64,000 bases of DNA from Octopus vulgaris (Eukaryota). Positions 42,325 to 56,992 of this stretch are shown in pieces. Within the stretch, counting starts at the first letter, position 1; every line of letters starts with the position of its first letter. The notes beneath the pieces are model-generated. The model ran no database searches. It saw only the letters and a list, made by a program, of their open reading frames with translations, and was not told the DNA's origin. Position numbers and translations under genes: made by a program. The DNA is taken from contig OX597815.1 in NCBI GenBank assembly GCA_951406725.2, positions 3,658,001 to 3,722,000 on the forward strand. The letters run 5' to 3'.

Positions 42325-42720
42325 GCTCTGTGGTAAGAAGCTTGCTTCCCGATCACATGGCTCCGGGCTCAGTCTCACTGCGTGGCACTCAGGGCAAGTG
42401 TCTTCTACTATAGCCCTAGGCTGGCCAAAGACTTGTGGGTGGATTTGGAAGACGGAAACTGAAAGAAGCCCATCGTATATACACTCACACACGCTCACAC
42501 ATACATATGTATGTATGTATTTGTGTGTATGTATGTGTCCCCTTGCCATCGCTTGACAACCGATGTTGATGTGTTTACGTCTCCGTAACTTAGCGGTTCG
42601 ACAAAAGATACCGATAGAATAAGTACTAGGCTTACAAGGAATCAGTCCCGAGATCGATTTGTTCGACTAATGGCGGTGCTCCAGCATGGCCGCAGTCAAA
42701 TGACTGAAACAAGCAAAAGA
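42325..42720 (+). mobile_element. SINE S2 (near full length)
   Basis: Head, internal microsatellite and tail GGCGGTGCTCCAGCATGGCCGCAGTCAAATGACTGAAACAAG. Confidence 0.85.
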
Positions 42721-42738
42721 ATAATAGAATTATTATTA

Positions 42739-42953
42739 AGGCGGCGGGCTGACAGAATCGTTATCACGCCGGACGAGATGCTTAGTGGTATCTCGTCTGA
42801 CTTTACGTTCTGAGTTCAAATGACGCCGGGTTCGACTTTGCCTTTCATCTTTTCGGGGTCGATAAATTAAGTACTAGTTACGTACTGCGAACGATGTAAT
42901 TGACTGGTCCCTTGCCCCAAAATTCCAGGTCTTGTGCCTATAGCAAAAAGGAG
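42739..42953 (+). mobile_element. SINE S1 (full length)
   Basis: GGCGGCGGGCTGACAGAATCGTTA...GTTCTGAGTTCAAA...CTTGTGCCTATAGCAAAAAG. Confidence 0.8.
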
Positions 42954-42959
42954 TATTAT

Positions 42960-43833
42960 TATTTGTTTTTATCACAGCTTTTGTTGCAACTCCTGGAGTC
43001 ATACATATGTAGCGGTCTTTCTGCCTGCAGCCTTCGGTGCCATGCTATCTGTTCTTTTCAACTATCGACTGCTTTCCTGATTATTTTCGCCGTGCCAAGG
43101 AGGGAAACCTTTTGTAACAGTTACCACTGGGCACTCTATTCCAATTTCCTTTATATTCCTCTTGATACCTTCTGATATTGTTTCCAAGGATCCAACAATA
43201 ATTGACACTATCTTCACCTTCTTCATTTTCCATAGCCAGGCTATTTCATACTTAAGTGGGTTGCATCATTCTATCTTTTCGCCTTCCTTCTTGATTAGTC
43301 ATGACTCAAATGGGCAAGAACATTAACTATATAGCACATGGGGTGCATCATGTCCACCACCACTAGGTCCGGTCTGTTATGCTCTAGCACGGGATTTGTT
43401 TAGATTGGAAAATCCCAGAGGATTTTGCAAGTCTCCAACTCCGCCACTCTCTGCGGTTTGTGCTCATACCACGTCTTGATTCTCTCTGGTCCCCACTTTT
43501 CGCAGTTTCCAGTGTGGCACTTCCGCTACCTTATCGTGTCGCCACAACTTGTAGTGGTTTTGGGCAAGTGTAGAGCATTCGTTCGTGACATGAGAAATGG
43601 TCTCATCCATTCTATTGCAGATGCGGCACAGCGGAGTCACTTGCTCATTCCTAAGGTTGACCAGATCTCGGTCTTGCACTATAGTGCTCGCGGTCTCTTT
43701 TTCCAATGTTCCTTTCTTCAGCTAATTCCCCCTATTTTTTCCAGCAACTTCTGTTGTGGATACATGGAAGTGATTGTGTTGTCCCTTGTTGCGAAATGTT
43801 TCCGCATGTCCTTTCTGTACTTCTTTGTATTTC

Positions 43834-43836
<3 letters not shown>
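42960..43836 (-). mobile_element. R4/Dong-clade fragment with CCHC knuckle + RLE (pseudogenised)
   Basis: Minus strand CRICNRMDETISHVTNEC, RHDKVA, WYEHKP, ILWDFPI, HNRPDLVVVD, LLGTAKIIRK. Confidence 0.85.
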
Positions 43837-43932
<96 letters not shown>

Positions 43933-43989
43933 TACTACTACTACTACTACTACTATTATTATCATCATTATCTTCATCATCATCGTTTA

Positions 43990-44042
<53 letters not shown>

Positions 44043-44924
44043 TATCAAATTGGTTGAGGAGTTAGAATATAGGATTGAATGTTGTCATTTTGTGGCATCT
44101 ATTCTGCCAGAGTCAATTATATTTGCGTTTATTTCATTATAATTATAATTAATCGAAATGAAAGTTTCGTAGGTCAAGTGCATTCATCAGCGGGTTTATA
44201 TTTTAAATATTGCTCCTAATGTTTCCTCCGTCAATATTCGCCAGCGAAGATTAAAAAGATCGTTGTTTGCGTCACGGTTAATTGGGCAGGAAAATAGTAA
44301 ACAAGATGTCGTTCTTCTCCCGATCAACAGAACGAATCGGTAGCGAAAGACACCCAGCGTCTTATTACAACAACAGTTGAATATTCTTTTTATGTTGTTT
44401 TATGCAATACAAACACTTCCGTTTCTTTACGGCAATACACAATGGACAAACAGGAAGTAACCTATTTTTCTTTTTGTTTCATTTACGAAACGAGCATTCT
44501 GATTAATTATATTTTTGATGAAATATATATAAATATAAGGAAGTTCTAATCGAATATTCATTATAATGTCTGCCTGTGAAGATTGTGTTCTTTCACAATA
44601 TATTTCAATGTGTAACTGCATCATAAAATCTCAATGATCGTTTTGGGATATCCTACAGCAATGTCAAGCACTCAAGTTGAAATATCACTTCAATACGAGG
44701 TGAGAGAACAACCTGGTGCGTATCACATGACAGGATCAACTAGAATAATTCACACTTCAATCAAAAAGAAGTTGAGCTCCCTAAAAAGATGCGATGAACA
44801 TCATACCATCGACTTTATTGTCCCCTGCTCTTCTGTTCACTCGCTCTCCAAAAACAAAAACAACAGTATTGCTATTCATCATACTCTACGGAAATTACCG
44901 AAAAGCAGCGCAAATAAAAAAAAT

Positions 44925-44936
44925 TGCGCATGCGCA
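44925..44936. promoter_or_regulatory. Perfect NRF1/Ewg-type palindrome
   Basis: TGCGCATGCGCA in a microsatellite-free 1-kb block that also has ETS-like ACTTCCG (44415) and CAGGAAGT (44451). Motif match only. Confidence 0.3.
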
Positions 44937-45145
44937 GAGTATTTTTCTTTTATTTCCTACAATCTATATTTGGAAAAATATTTATTATTCACTTGGACAC
45001 TTATAGAATATAAGATTTAATTTTCTTTTAAAATGTACCAAAAGTTGAGTTGATTCCAAACAAAATTTGTCAGTGTCCTCACACACATACATTTAGCCAT
45101 GTGTATAAATTTGCATATTTAAACGTATATATGTATACTTATATA

Positions 45146-45194
<49 letters not shown>

Positions 45195-45202
45195 ATATAT
45201 TA

Positions 45203-45362
45203 CTTTTAGACAAGAATATTACTGACTGTGACTTCCAAATTTCAGCCAGTTAAGTCATCGTCCAACTACTTATCTGGCTGAAACTTCGAAGTCGCTGTCA
45301 ATTCTATTCTTGTTCAAGAATAATAATTTTGTACTCCGCAAAAATATGGAGCAACTCATCAC
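45203..45362. mobile_element. ACTTCGAAGT-family module as an inverted pair
   Basis: TGACTGTGACTTCCAAATTTCAGCCAG pairs with CTGGCTGAAACTTCGAAGTCGCTGTCA. Confidence 0.65.
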
Positions 45363-45398
45363 GTTGATGTAAAATTGTTTTTATAACTGAACGCAAAA

Positions 45399-45976
<578 letters not shown>

Positions 45977-45987
45977 GTATATATGCA

Positions 45988-46120
<133 letters not shown>

Positions 46121-46127
46121 CTTAAAT

Positions 46128-46381
46128 AAATTAGTTTCGACTATTATCGGCCTAGGTCATGACTAACTCAATAGCACTGCCTGGAAAAGTATTTTAGTTA
46201 ATTATTTCAGGACACCATGGACCACTCAAGCTGAAAGATGTTGTTGGTTGAGAGGTATCCAGGTTTATCCGGTATTTCCCGGAGGAATTTGTCCAGGTAC
46301 CACATGAAAGTCGTGGGGTCTTTTTCTACTTTAATTTCTTTCGGGATATCATTGAAAAGAGCAGGACTATTTTCAGTGAAT
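46128..46381 (-). mobile_element. CR1-group LINE 3' end
   Basis: FTENSPALFNDIPKEIKVEKDPTTFMWYLDKFLREIPDKPGY. Confidence 0.75.
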
Positions 46382-46454
46382 AAATATCTATATATATAAT
46401 TTATTATGCTATTATGAATCCATAAACACATATAAAACATCCAACAGTATATTT

Positions 46455-46538
46455 TTCCGCTCTGAAGATATTATGCACAGATCATTTATATATTTACTTA
46501 AATATTTACTGAGATTTAACTGAAACAGCTGTAAGGAA
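46455..46538 (+). ncRNA. Hammerhead-like motif (canonical core, weak helices)
   Basis: CTGAAGA (46462) ... GAA-ACAGCTGT-A-AGGAA; AATAAA at 46558; (TA)n from 46608. Confidence 0.5.
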
Positions 46539-46606
46539 TGATAATTAATTTGTTGCTAATAAAAAACAAATATAAATTTCCCAATCTCCAATTTCTTATT
46601 CTTCTG

Positions 46607-46793
<187 letters not shown>

Positions 46794-46991
46794 GTAAGTG
46801 TGTGTGAATATTGTTTTGGTAACACAAAGAAATCCAATCTATCCTCTAAGTGGTTTTAGTAAGCACCTAAAATATGATTTTCCCAAATTCCATAAAATAC
46901 ACACACACGCACACGCAAACACACACACACATATATATATATATATGCATGTATATGTATATGTACATGTATGTATATGTATGTATATGTA

Positions 46992-47038
<47 letters not shown>

Positions 47039-47698
47039 ACATATGTATATATATATATATACATATGTATGTATATATATATGTATATATACATATGTAT
47101 GTATATATATATGTATAAGCAAACTGGAAAATTGGTTATATTTCTGATTCCATGTTACAGTTGTTTCGTTGCAGTGTAGCAAATACATTATTAAAATAAA
47201 GCATAATGATAATATTATAGATATAATAAATTCATGGTAGTAATAAGATTCGAAAATAATATTATTTATATTAATTTTATATTAATATTATTTATCTTTG
47301 TCTAATGAGTCACGGTTTAGGAGATAGTTAACAATTTCTCCACAGTATAACTGTTATGAATTTCTTATATGTATAATGTTATCATTTTCAGGATCAATAA
47401 TATTTTTTTTTTTTACATATTCCTCGTGTAGTTCTTTCAGTGTAGTGCCACCTGTGTGGCAAGGAATGAAATATATATCCAATTTTTCAGCCTTTGTTTT
47501 AATATAAACCTACTCTGCAGATTTTATGACTCACCAGCAGTTTCTACTTGTGTGCTTGGGTCTCTTAATTGAATTTGAAACATGTTCAGCCATTCAGATG
47601 ATTACGGCAATATCCAAATTGGCTTATCCAGTACACAGCTTGGATTATAAACCCTGCTGTATACTACGTATACATGTAAAATGTGTCTATCTCACAGT

Positions 47699-47731
<33 letters not shown>

Positions 47732-48076
47732 GAGGGAGAGAGAGATACACCCTTGGGTCAACAAAGGTCTTGAGTAGATTTGGTAGACGGAAACTGAAAG
47801 AAGCCAGTCGTATATATATATATATATATATAATATTTTATAATTACGAGTATAATTATAATTACGGTTCAGCAAAGATTTCCTTTACCACATACCGAAG
47901 TTTAGAAATAGCAGCCAAAGAATCTTAGCTATTTCTTGTACTATAAGAAGAAACTCCCGAATATTATAAAATATTGTTTAAGTTTACCGAAAAATAGCCC
48001 TTTTTCATGCCGAATTCTACTTGGTGGAATTATCAATTACTAGTTAATTAATTAATTTTACCATTTATTATTATTG

Positions 48077-48157
<81 letters not shown>

Positions 48158-48647
48158 CATATATATGTATGTATATATGCATGTGCGTGTTGTAGGTGTG
48201 TGTGTATGCATTTCTGTGTGCCTTCTGTGTTTGCCCCACCCCCCCACCCCCCCGCTATAGCTTTGCAACCGAGACTGGAGTGTTTACGTACCCGTAATTT
48301 AGCAGACTGGCGAAAGAGGCCAAGCACTAGGCTCACAAAGAATAAGTCCTGGGGTTGATTTCTTCCACTAAAACCTTTTAACTCTTTGGCATTCAGATTT
48401 CTTCGTCATATGTTTGGCTTATTTATTTAGACTGTTCTGAATTAATCCCAGTTTATCTTGTAACTTCAAGATCTGAATGCTGTGCCTGTATCTTTCCAAA
48501 ACAACGTTGTATGACAGGTGTGAGAGACCAGATATAGCCGGATTAAATTATAAAGAGTTAAGGCGATGCTCCACCATGGCCGCAGTATTGATATTAAAAC
48601 AAGTAGAAGAATGAAAGAATATATATATACATATACTTATGTATACT

Positions 48648-48700
<53 letters not shown>

Positions 48701-48705
48701 GTGTT

Positions 48706-48743
<38 letters not shown>

Positions 48744-48747
<4 letters not shown>

Positions 48748-48957
48748 TAATCCAAACAAGAAAACAAAAACAAAAACAAAAAACACAACAACGCAAGGAC
48801 GTGTAACAAATAAAGTATTATTGGACGCTCAGGAAAGAAGGGAAGAAGGAGGGTTTGACGTTTCGAGCGGAGCTCTTCGTCGGAAACATAGGAGAAGGAA
48901 AGATCCCGAGAAGGGAAGACAGGGGAAAAATCGCTAGTGATACAGACGAGGTCACAT
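48744..48957 (-). mobile_element. Hammerhead-bearing pLTR-like module, copy 3 (GUC site)
   Basis: Minus 48853-48887 reads GTTT-CCGACGA-A-GAGC(TCC)GCTC-GAA-ACGT-C-AAAC; (TA)n on both sides. Confidence 0.7.
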
Positions 48958-49000
48958 ATATATATATATATATATGTATGTATATATATATATATATATG

Positions 49001-49093
<93 letters not shown>

Positions 49094-49705
49094 GTATGTA
49101 TATATGTAAGTATGTATGTATGTATGTATGTATGTATACACATGTATGCAGTGTAAATGCGTGCGGAGGGGTGCAGACATATGATGGTGTGAGTTTTTCT
49201 CGGTGTACGCAGAAGACGGGCAGGTGAAGCCATCCGATTGACGGGTTTGAAATCACAAAGTAAAATGACTTGATTAATCTCATACGACAGTTTGTCAATC
49301 TACCAAATTTAGCTCCGAAGCACGAGTACACGAAGGGACACACGCGCATGTATATACAAAACATGAACCCACATGTATATGTACGCTTCTGAGAGTGTAT
49401 ACTATATAGATAAATAGATACATTCATACATATATATATATATCGGTATATATATGTATATAAAAACGTATGCATATGATGTAAGTATGTATATATGTGT
49501 GTGTGTGTGTGTGTGTACATAAATATATGAATGAATGTATGCATATTTGTATGTATGTATGTGTGTATATATTCATGTATGTGTGTATAAGTTTATTAGA
49601 GAGAAACAAAAAGCACCCATATTCATGTGGGTAAATATGCATGTATATGCATTTAAAGAATATTTATATATACATATATTATATTAATATATATATATAT
49701 ATGTT

Positions 49706-49749
<44 letters not shown>

Positions 49750-49876
49750 ATGAAAATTTATAAAGAATCATGCATGAATAATTTTATAGAAGTGCATATA
49801 CCTACCCGCATACTTCTTTAAAATAACTACATACAAGCATATATATGAAGACATGCATATATAAACAGCTAGGTGC

Positions 49877-49927
<51 letters not shown>

Positions 49928-50019
49928 GTGAATGTGTTTATACATATATATATATATGCATATGTATATATACACACACACATGTACACACACGCACAAA
50001 TATATAATAATAATAATAA

Positions 50020-50246
50020 ATGCGCCCTTTTAAAGTCTAGCCAGGCTCATGGGCCCGGTTTCCCGGTTTCTATGGCGTATGTGTTCCCCAACTGGACGGG
50101 ACGACAGTCCATCGCAGAATTACTCATTTTTGCCAGCTGAGTGGACTGGAGCAACAAGAAATGGAGTGTTTTGCTCAAGAACAGGAATCGAAACCACAAT
50201 CTTACGATCATGATGCTGACACCCTAACCACTAAGCCACGCGCCTC
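50020..50246 (-). mobile_element. SINE S3 (tail type B)
   Basis: Minus strand GGCGCGTGGCTTAGTGGTTAGGG...TTCGATTCC...GTTGCTCCAGTCCACTCAGCTGGCAAAAATGAGTA...TGCGATGGACTG.CGTCCCGTCCAG...GAAACCGGG, then (ATT)n. Confidence 0.85.
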
Positions 50247-50384
50247 TACGCACAAATATAGATACTCTTTTATTATTTTACTTGTTTCAGTCATTTGACT
50301 GTGGCGATGCTGGAGCACCACACTTTTTTTTAAATTTATTATTTGTGTTTCAGCCTATAAGCTGAGGGACTGCCAAGATATATA

Positions 50385-50438
<54 letters not shown>

Positions 50439-50500
50439 ACATATCTATAAATATATAACATATACATACGTATAAATATATATATATACATATATATGTA

Positions 50501-50539
<39 letters not shown>

Positions 50540-50685
50540 TATATACATATGCACATATGCATACATATGTGTATATATATATGTATATATATATATATAC
50601 ACATATATATATACATATGCACATATGCATACATATGTGTATATATATATATACATATGCACATATGCATACATATGTGAATATA

Positions 50686-50734
<49 letters not shown>

Positions 50735-50828
50735 GTATATATATATACATGTATATATATATATACATGTATATATATATACACACACATATATATATAT
50801 ACATATATATATACATGTATATATATAT

Positions 50829-50900
<72 letters not shown>

Positions 50901-50924
50901 CTATAGATGCCTATATTTCTATAC

Positions 50925-51185
50925 CTCACAAAATGTCAGTATCTTCGGATGTATATATAACAACCATATCCACAAAGATGCTTTCCATAAACAGAAGAGT
51001 GTGTTCCGACTCTGAACTCAGCATTCTGGAAACGTTCTCCTCACATCTTTGGGGAAATGAAATTGTCCGGATAAAGATTTCCGAGTGTCTGTACTTAGCA
51101 TTATGTTTGCTAAACTGAGTCAATGAATCATCAGAACTGTCCCCTACAGGAGGAGTACTCGACCACATTTTGCCTTTGGATGCTT
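50925..51185 (+). mobile_element. Possible highly decayed RTE-clade LINE RT fragment
   Basis: Frameshifted pieces NSAF / [19 protein letters not shown] / YRR loosely match the RTE thumb region (A.SAFG.L...LW....TK..VY.A). Confidence 0.3.
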
Positions 51186-51199
51186 ATGATTCACTTTTT

Positions 51200-51443
51200 A
51201 ATCTACTGGACTTTCTCGGCCATTCGATGCACATTAATAAATCCTTTTGTATTTTTATAATGAAATAATATTTCGAATTGCATAAAAAAATCGTTAAAAC
51301 GTTTTGTGTATGGTATAAGCATGACCAGTTTACTGAGCATAAATTTTAACAAAATATTATATGACCCGTAAGGATCATGTTTACCATTAAGGGTCATTTG
51401 GAATATGAAGGTTTCATACGGACTCTGGTTTAGAACCACCGAT
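51200..51443 (-). mobile_element. Possible hAT-type MITE end
   Basis: Minus strand begins CGGTGGTTCTAAACC, similar to hAT/Charlie TIRs (CAGTGGTTCTCAA). The other end was not found. Confidence 0.3.
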
Positions 51444-51768
51444 GTATACAGTAGAAAACACCCCTGAAAAGTTCCAATAAGAAAATAAAAAGCGTATCTG
51501 TCACCAAGTTAGAAACTTTTTTCATTTTATTTTCCTCACTTTTTTAAGGAAAAACTTTGCATTTTTTAAAAATGCGATAGGAAAACAGTTTTCTATTTTA
51601 ATAGGAACCAGACATCCCTATAGTTGCCTCTCTCTCTATTTCCCCAGCTCTCTCTCTCTCTCTCGCTCTCTCTCTCTTTACTGTACAGACACACACACAC
51701 ACACGCACACACAATAACACACACACTATGCACAGGCACATACATATATGTGTATATATATATATCTG

Positions 51769-51803
<35 letters not shown>

Positions 51804-52113
51804 ATAGGGATGGTATTATTAAAATACTGTCACGAGTGGTAAGTGAATTAATTAATAAAATATATACATACAATATTAGATATGTACATTATTACACAAG
51901 GGCACTACATGAGCACCTACATTGCTAAAAATAGAAGTCAAAAATACTTCTCTGCCACCGAATAGAAACAAATCTACTACAAACATGATATATTATTATA
52001 TAATATATGTACACACATATTTCTGAACATTTGAAAATCAGAAATATCTGTCTTCGAAAATTTCTAAATACAAAATCTAAATGAATTCCAGTCCATTTTC
52101 ATCTTCTTCTATA

Positions 52114-52348
<235 letters not shown>

Positions 52349-52382
52349 ATAATATATAAATATATATACGTATGCTGATAGG

Positions 52383-52438
<56 letters not shown>

Positions 52439-52690
52439 AAAGTTTAGATATGTGTTAAAATATGAATACACTGTGAGAAAGAAACAACACTTTAAAGTTA
52501 CTTTAATGCTTTTATAAGAAAGTTGTAAGACGACACAATATGATAAATGGTGAACAGCACGGTTCCAATTTCCAAAGCTTTGTCTGTTCATGAAATAATA
52601 ATTCTATATTTGTCTCAACATTCATATTTTAAAGATTCTATCTATGTAATACATACATAAACGTATATATAGTAGTATATGTGTGAGTAT

Positions 52691-52785
<95 letters not shown>

Positions 52786-53189
52786 TATATATATATTTAT
52801 ATATGTATGTATCTAAATATGTATGTGTGCATGTATGTATATATATACGTGTGTGCATGTTTCATTAAATACAGGTGCTCGAAGCTTAACCATTTGTATT
52901 TTTGGTGTTTTCCTTGAAAGTAATTCTTTCGTAACAATAAAATTCCTGCTTTCAGAATCGATATTTTCAGACGCTCATAGACCCATTCTCAAGAACTGGT
53001 TTGTTGTTTCTTATATACTCGTGGATTTCATAGACTCACCTGTCGAAGATTTGTGGCCATTAGCTCCTCTCTTATAAACGCATATATATACATTTATATA
53101 TATATATACATTTATATATATATATATATATATATATAAACACACATATATATACGTATTCATATGAATAAAGATATGCATATGTATAC

Positions 53190-53227
<38 letters not shown>

Positions 53228-53335
53228 ATGTATGTATGTATATGTGTGTGTGTGTATGTATGTATGTATGTATGTATGTATGTCTTTGTATATGTGTGTA
53301 TGTGTGTGTTGGTTATTTAGTTCCACTCCCCCAAA

Positions 53336-53541
53336 AGGTGACGAGCTGGCAGAATCTTTAGCACGCCGGCCAAAAGGCATTCCGCCCGTCTTTGTGTTTT
53401 GAGTTCGAAATTCTGCCGAGGTCGACTTTGTCTTTCATCGTTTCAGAGTCGATAAATAAAGTACCATGAAATACTGAGGTCGATGTAATCGACCAGTCCT
53501 CTACCCCTAAATTTCAGGGCTTGTGACTATAGTAGAAAGGA
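53336..53541 (+). mobile_element. SINE S1 (full length) with long (ATT)n tail
   Basis: GGTGACGAGCTGGCAGAATC...GAGGTCGACTTTG...CTTGTGACTATAGTAGAAAGG. Confidence 0.85.
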
Positions 53542-53558
53542 TTATTATTATTATCATT

Positions 53559-53589
<31 letters not shown>

Positions 53590-53590
53590 A

Positions 53591-53656
<66 letters not shown>

Positions 53657-53824
53657 GATCGCAGTCATCATTAGCATTACTAGTTGTAGTATTTGTAGTA
53701 TTATTTATATTATGTACCCATAAAAACTAATGACTATGAATTTGGTATGTAAAAATTTTTTATAAAGATACATCTATATACCTATACATATATATATGTA
53801 CACTCACACACACACACACACATA

Positions 53825-53868
<44 letters not shown>

Positions 53869-53932
53869 TTTAACCTTTATTAATATATATACATACATAT
53901 ATATATATATAGATATATATAGATATATATAT

Positions 53933-53968
<36 letters not shown>

Positions 53969-54007
53969 CTTTATTACTTATTATATATATATACATATAT
54001 ATATATA

Positions 54008-54190
54008 TATAAATATTTTAAAATTATATACATAATTATAACAAGGGCTTGTCTTGTACCTCACCTCGCACTGAAAAATAGACACTATTACCACCATAAA
54101 TTTTCCAAGAAAAACACAGTACACAATAGGTTAGCAGAAGGAGGAAAATTAATTTGTTATAATTATGTATATAATTATAAAATATTTATA
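54008..54190. repeat. 37-bp inverted repeat (1 mismatch) with about 110-bp spacer
   Basis: TATAAATATTTTAAAATTATATACATAATTATAACAA pairs with TTGTTATAATTATGTATATAATTATAAAATATTTATA. Confidence 0.75.
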
Positions 54191-54262
54191 AAAATTTACT
54201 TATGAGGCTTTTATTTCCACGCTGGCCACTTGGTAAAAAATCATTAATGATTTTACCCTTTA

Positions 54263-54318
<56 letters not shown>

Positions 54319-54496
54319 TATTATTTTATGCTATTGTTTATCTTATATATCATATTTTTATTTATACTATATTTTTGCTTTATTCGTATTGTACAAACGT
54401 ATATCTAAGTATATATTTACCCATTTCCTATATCGTTTAATTTTTATGTACATATGTGTGTATGCATATATATATATGTGGAGGGGGAGAGAGAGC

Positions 54497-54580
<84 letters not shown>

Positions 54581-54671
54581 TAAGTGTGTGGCTATATACA
54601 CACACATGTGTATGCAAAAATGTGTATATGCATATATATTAGATGCAAATGTATTTCAATATATAGATATA

Positions 54672-54882
54672 AGGCGGCGAGCTGGCAGAAACGTTAGCGC
54701 ACCGGGCGAAATGCGAAACCGTATTTCGTCTGCCGTTACGTTCTGAGTTCAAATTCCGCCGAGGTCGACTTTCTCTTTCAGCCTTTCGGGGTCGATAAAT
54801 TAAGTACCAGTTGCGTACTGGGGTCGATCTAATCGACTGGCCACCTCCCCAAAAGTTTCGGGCCTTGTGCCTAGAGTAAAAA
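54672..54882 (+). mobile_element. SINE S1 (full length, best preserved)
   Basis: GGCGGCGAGCTGGCAGAAACGTTAGCGCACCGG (A box) ... GAGTTCAAATTCCGCC (B box) ... GGCCTTGTGCCTAGAGTA. Confidence 0.9.
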
Positions 54883-54915
54883 TAATATATAGATATCATA
54901 TGCACACTTACTTAC

Positions 54916-54946
<31 letters not shown>

Positions 54947-54979
54947 CATACATACATACATACATACATACATACATTA

Positions 54980-55570
54980 AAAGAGACTCAAGGTCAGTAA
55001 ATCCCTTCGATGCAATAGTCCCATGGCCCTTTTCGAGAATTCCGTTTTTAAGGAGGATCCTCTAATGGTAATCACGAGGATCTTCCACTCCCAGTGGCTG
55101 ATCATCCGCTGAGCCACCGGGAGGAAAATTCTTCTGTTTGAAGTCTGAGTGCTCTCCACTAAGACTGCAACCAATTTCGTTCCTTGGAAATCACGATATG
55201 AATCTGTCACGAAATCCTGCGGCGACGAGGAAGAGTAGAAGCTACAGACTTGACCAGTTGGATGTATGTCGCGGAAAACCTGTATTGTAGGGGAGTCTGT
55301 GTATTGGTCGTTTCTTTTCAAAATAATGTCGATGGAAAAGGCTCGGTAACATCTTATGAAGCTGAAGAGACCTTACGAAAGAAAGATGCCACTTCACATC
55401 TGTTAATTAGAACGGACTATGAAGAGGTGATCTAAACAAAGCTTGTCTCATCCTGGATGTGGCCACCAGCCCTGCAGCGGGTTTTTGTCCTCGATTTAGT
55501 AGGGGTTTCAGTGGAAACACGCAGGGAATTTTCAACTTTGAAGAAGGGATCATACTCGGCACGAGCTGAC
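54980..55570 (-). mobile_element. Possible decayed L1/Tx1 APE-endonuclease fragment
   Basis: Only VFRDIHPTGQVCSFYSS resembles the D.WR..HP...YTFYS motif; catalytic motifs are not intact. Confidence 0.25.
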
Positions 55571-55687
55571 TTCAATCACATACACACACATATTGACATA
55601 CACACATATACATACATACATACATACATACATACATACATACATACATACATACATACATACATAGACATATTCCTTTATCTCATC

Positions 55688-55912
55688 TTTTGCTTGTTTC
55701 AATCATTACACTGCGGCCATGCTGTAGCACCGCCTTCGGGCACAGGCATTGGGTTACGGTCCGAAATGCGACATCGCCAATAAGAATCTTGATCGAACGA
55801 ATTGGCGTTATTACATTTTTATTTAACACTGATACTTATTCTATCGGGTCTCTTGCCGAACTGCTAAGTTACAGGGATGTAACCACACCAACACTGGTGG
55901 CCAAATGCTGGA
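55688..55912 (-). mobile_element. SINE S2 tail half (with insertion)
   Basis: CTGCGGCCATGCTGTAGCACCGCC...TACTTATTCTATCGG...GCTAAGTTAC. Confidence 0.7.
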
Positions 55913-55983
55913 GACATACATTTATACATAAATACATACATATATATATATAAATATTATATATATATATGTGTATGTGTGTG

Positions 55984-56023
<40 letters not shown>

Positions 56024-56213
56024 TATATATATATATATATATAAATGTGAATATATATATATATATACATACATATATACATATATATTAATGTGAATAT
56101 ATATAATTTAATGCAGAAACATTAAAATAAGAGCTACTAATAATTTTATTAAACGATGATATTTATCTCTCACTGGATGGAGTGCTTTTCTCTTCATCAA
56201 CGGAACAGTAAAC

Positions 56214-56244
<31 letters not shown>

Positions 56245-56317
56245 ATTATGTATGTATGCATATATTCTTTTCTTATCAGTTTCAGCTCAAAGATGTGACC
56301 ATACTGGGGCACTACAT

Positions 56318-56376
<59 letters not shown>

Positions 56377-56679
56377 TCGGGGTGAGTACTTGATAATTAT
56401 AAGCACCTGTGTATACCGTTTGGTGGTGTAGGTGGTGGAGTAAATTGATCAAAATAAAAACATGATGCGAAGGATTCAGCGGTACATATGTTTCGGGCCT
56501 TTATTAGACAGATTTATAACAATGCATAATGTATGTCTGTGGCCTTCATCCTACATTGAGAGAAGAAAGAGATGGACGCTTCAATTCTATGCTGCTGCCG
56601 CATTATGTCGTACGCGAATGGGAGGATTTGCATCCCCAACCAAGAATTTTTGATGTAACACATGTCCTTGTGGAAGCTG

Positions 56680-56746
<67 letters not shown>

Positions 56747-56948
56747 GGTTTGTATGATTGTGAATAGAGGGATATATATATTATTCAAAGAAATTCCAAC
56801 TCTGTCTGTTTTTTATGTTTTATTTATATTCTTTATAATATTAATGTAGAATATAGAATATATAGTATAAATAATGTATATATAGTAAAATGAAATGAAG
56901 TATTGATCGTCGTATTGAATAGATGAAATATTGAATATCAAATATTAA

Positions 56949-56992
56949 GGGACTAGTATACTTTCTTGCATTAAAGCAGTCTTCGAGGTCCC
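56949..56992 (-). ncRNA. Hammerhead-like motif with 5-bp helix I
   Basis: Minus strand GGGAC-CTCGAAGA-C-TGC(TTTAAT)GCA-A-GAA-AGTATACT-A-GTCCC; the core carries one extra nucleotide. Confidence 0.55.

Noticed and set aside
44150-44195. CTGATGA...GAAAC (minus) as a hammerhead
   Set aside because: Helix II and helix I do not pair, and there is no palindrome.
50926-51168. 80-aa minus ORF with an acceptor-like ctcctcctgtag
   Set aside because: No recognisable domain; the opposite strand fits a decayed RTE fragment slightly better.
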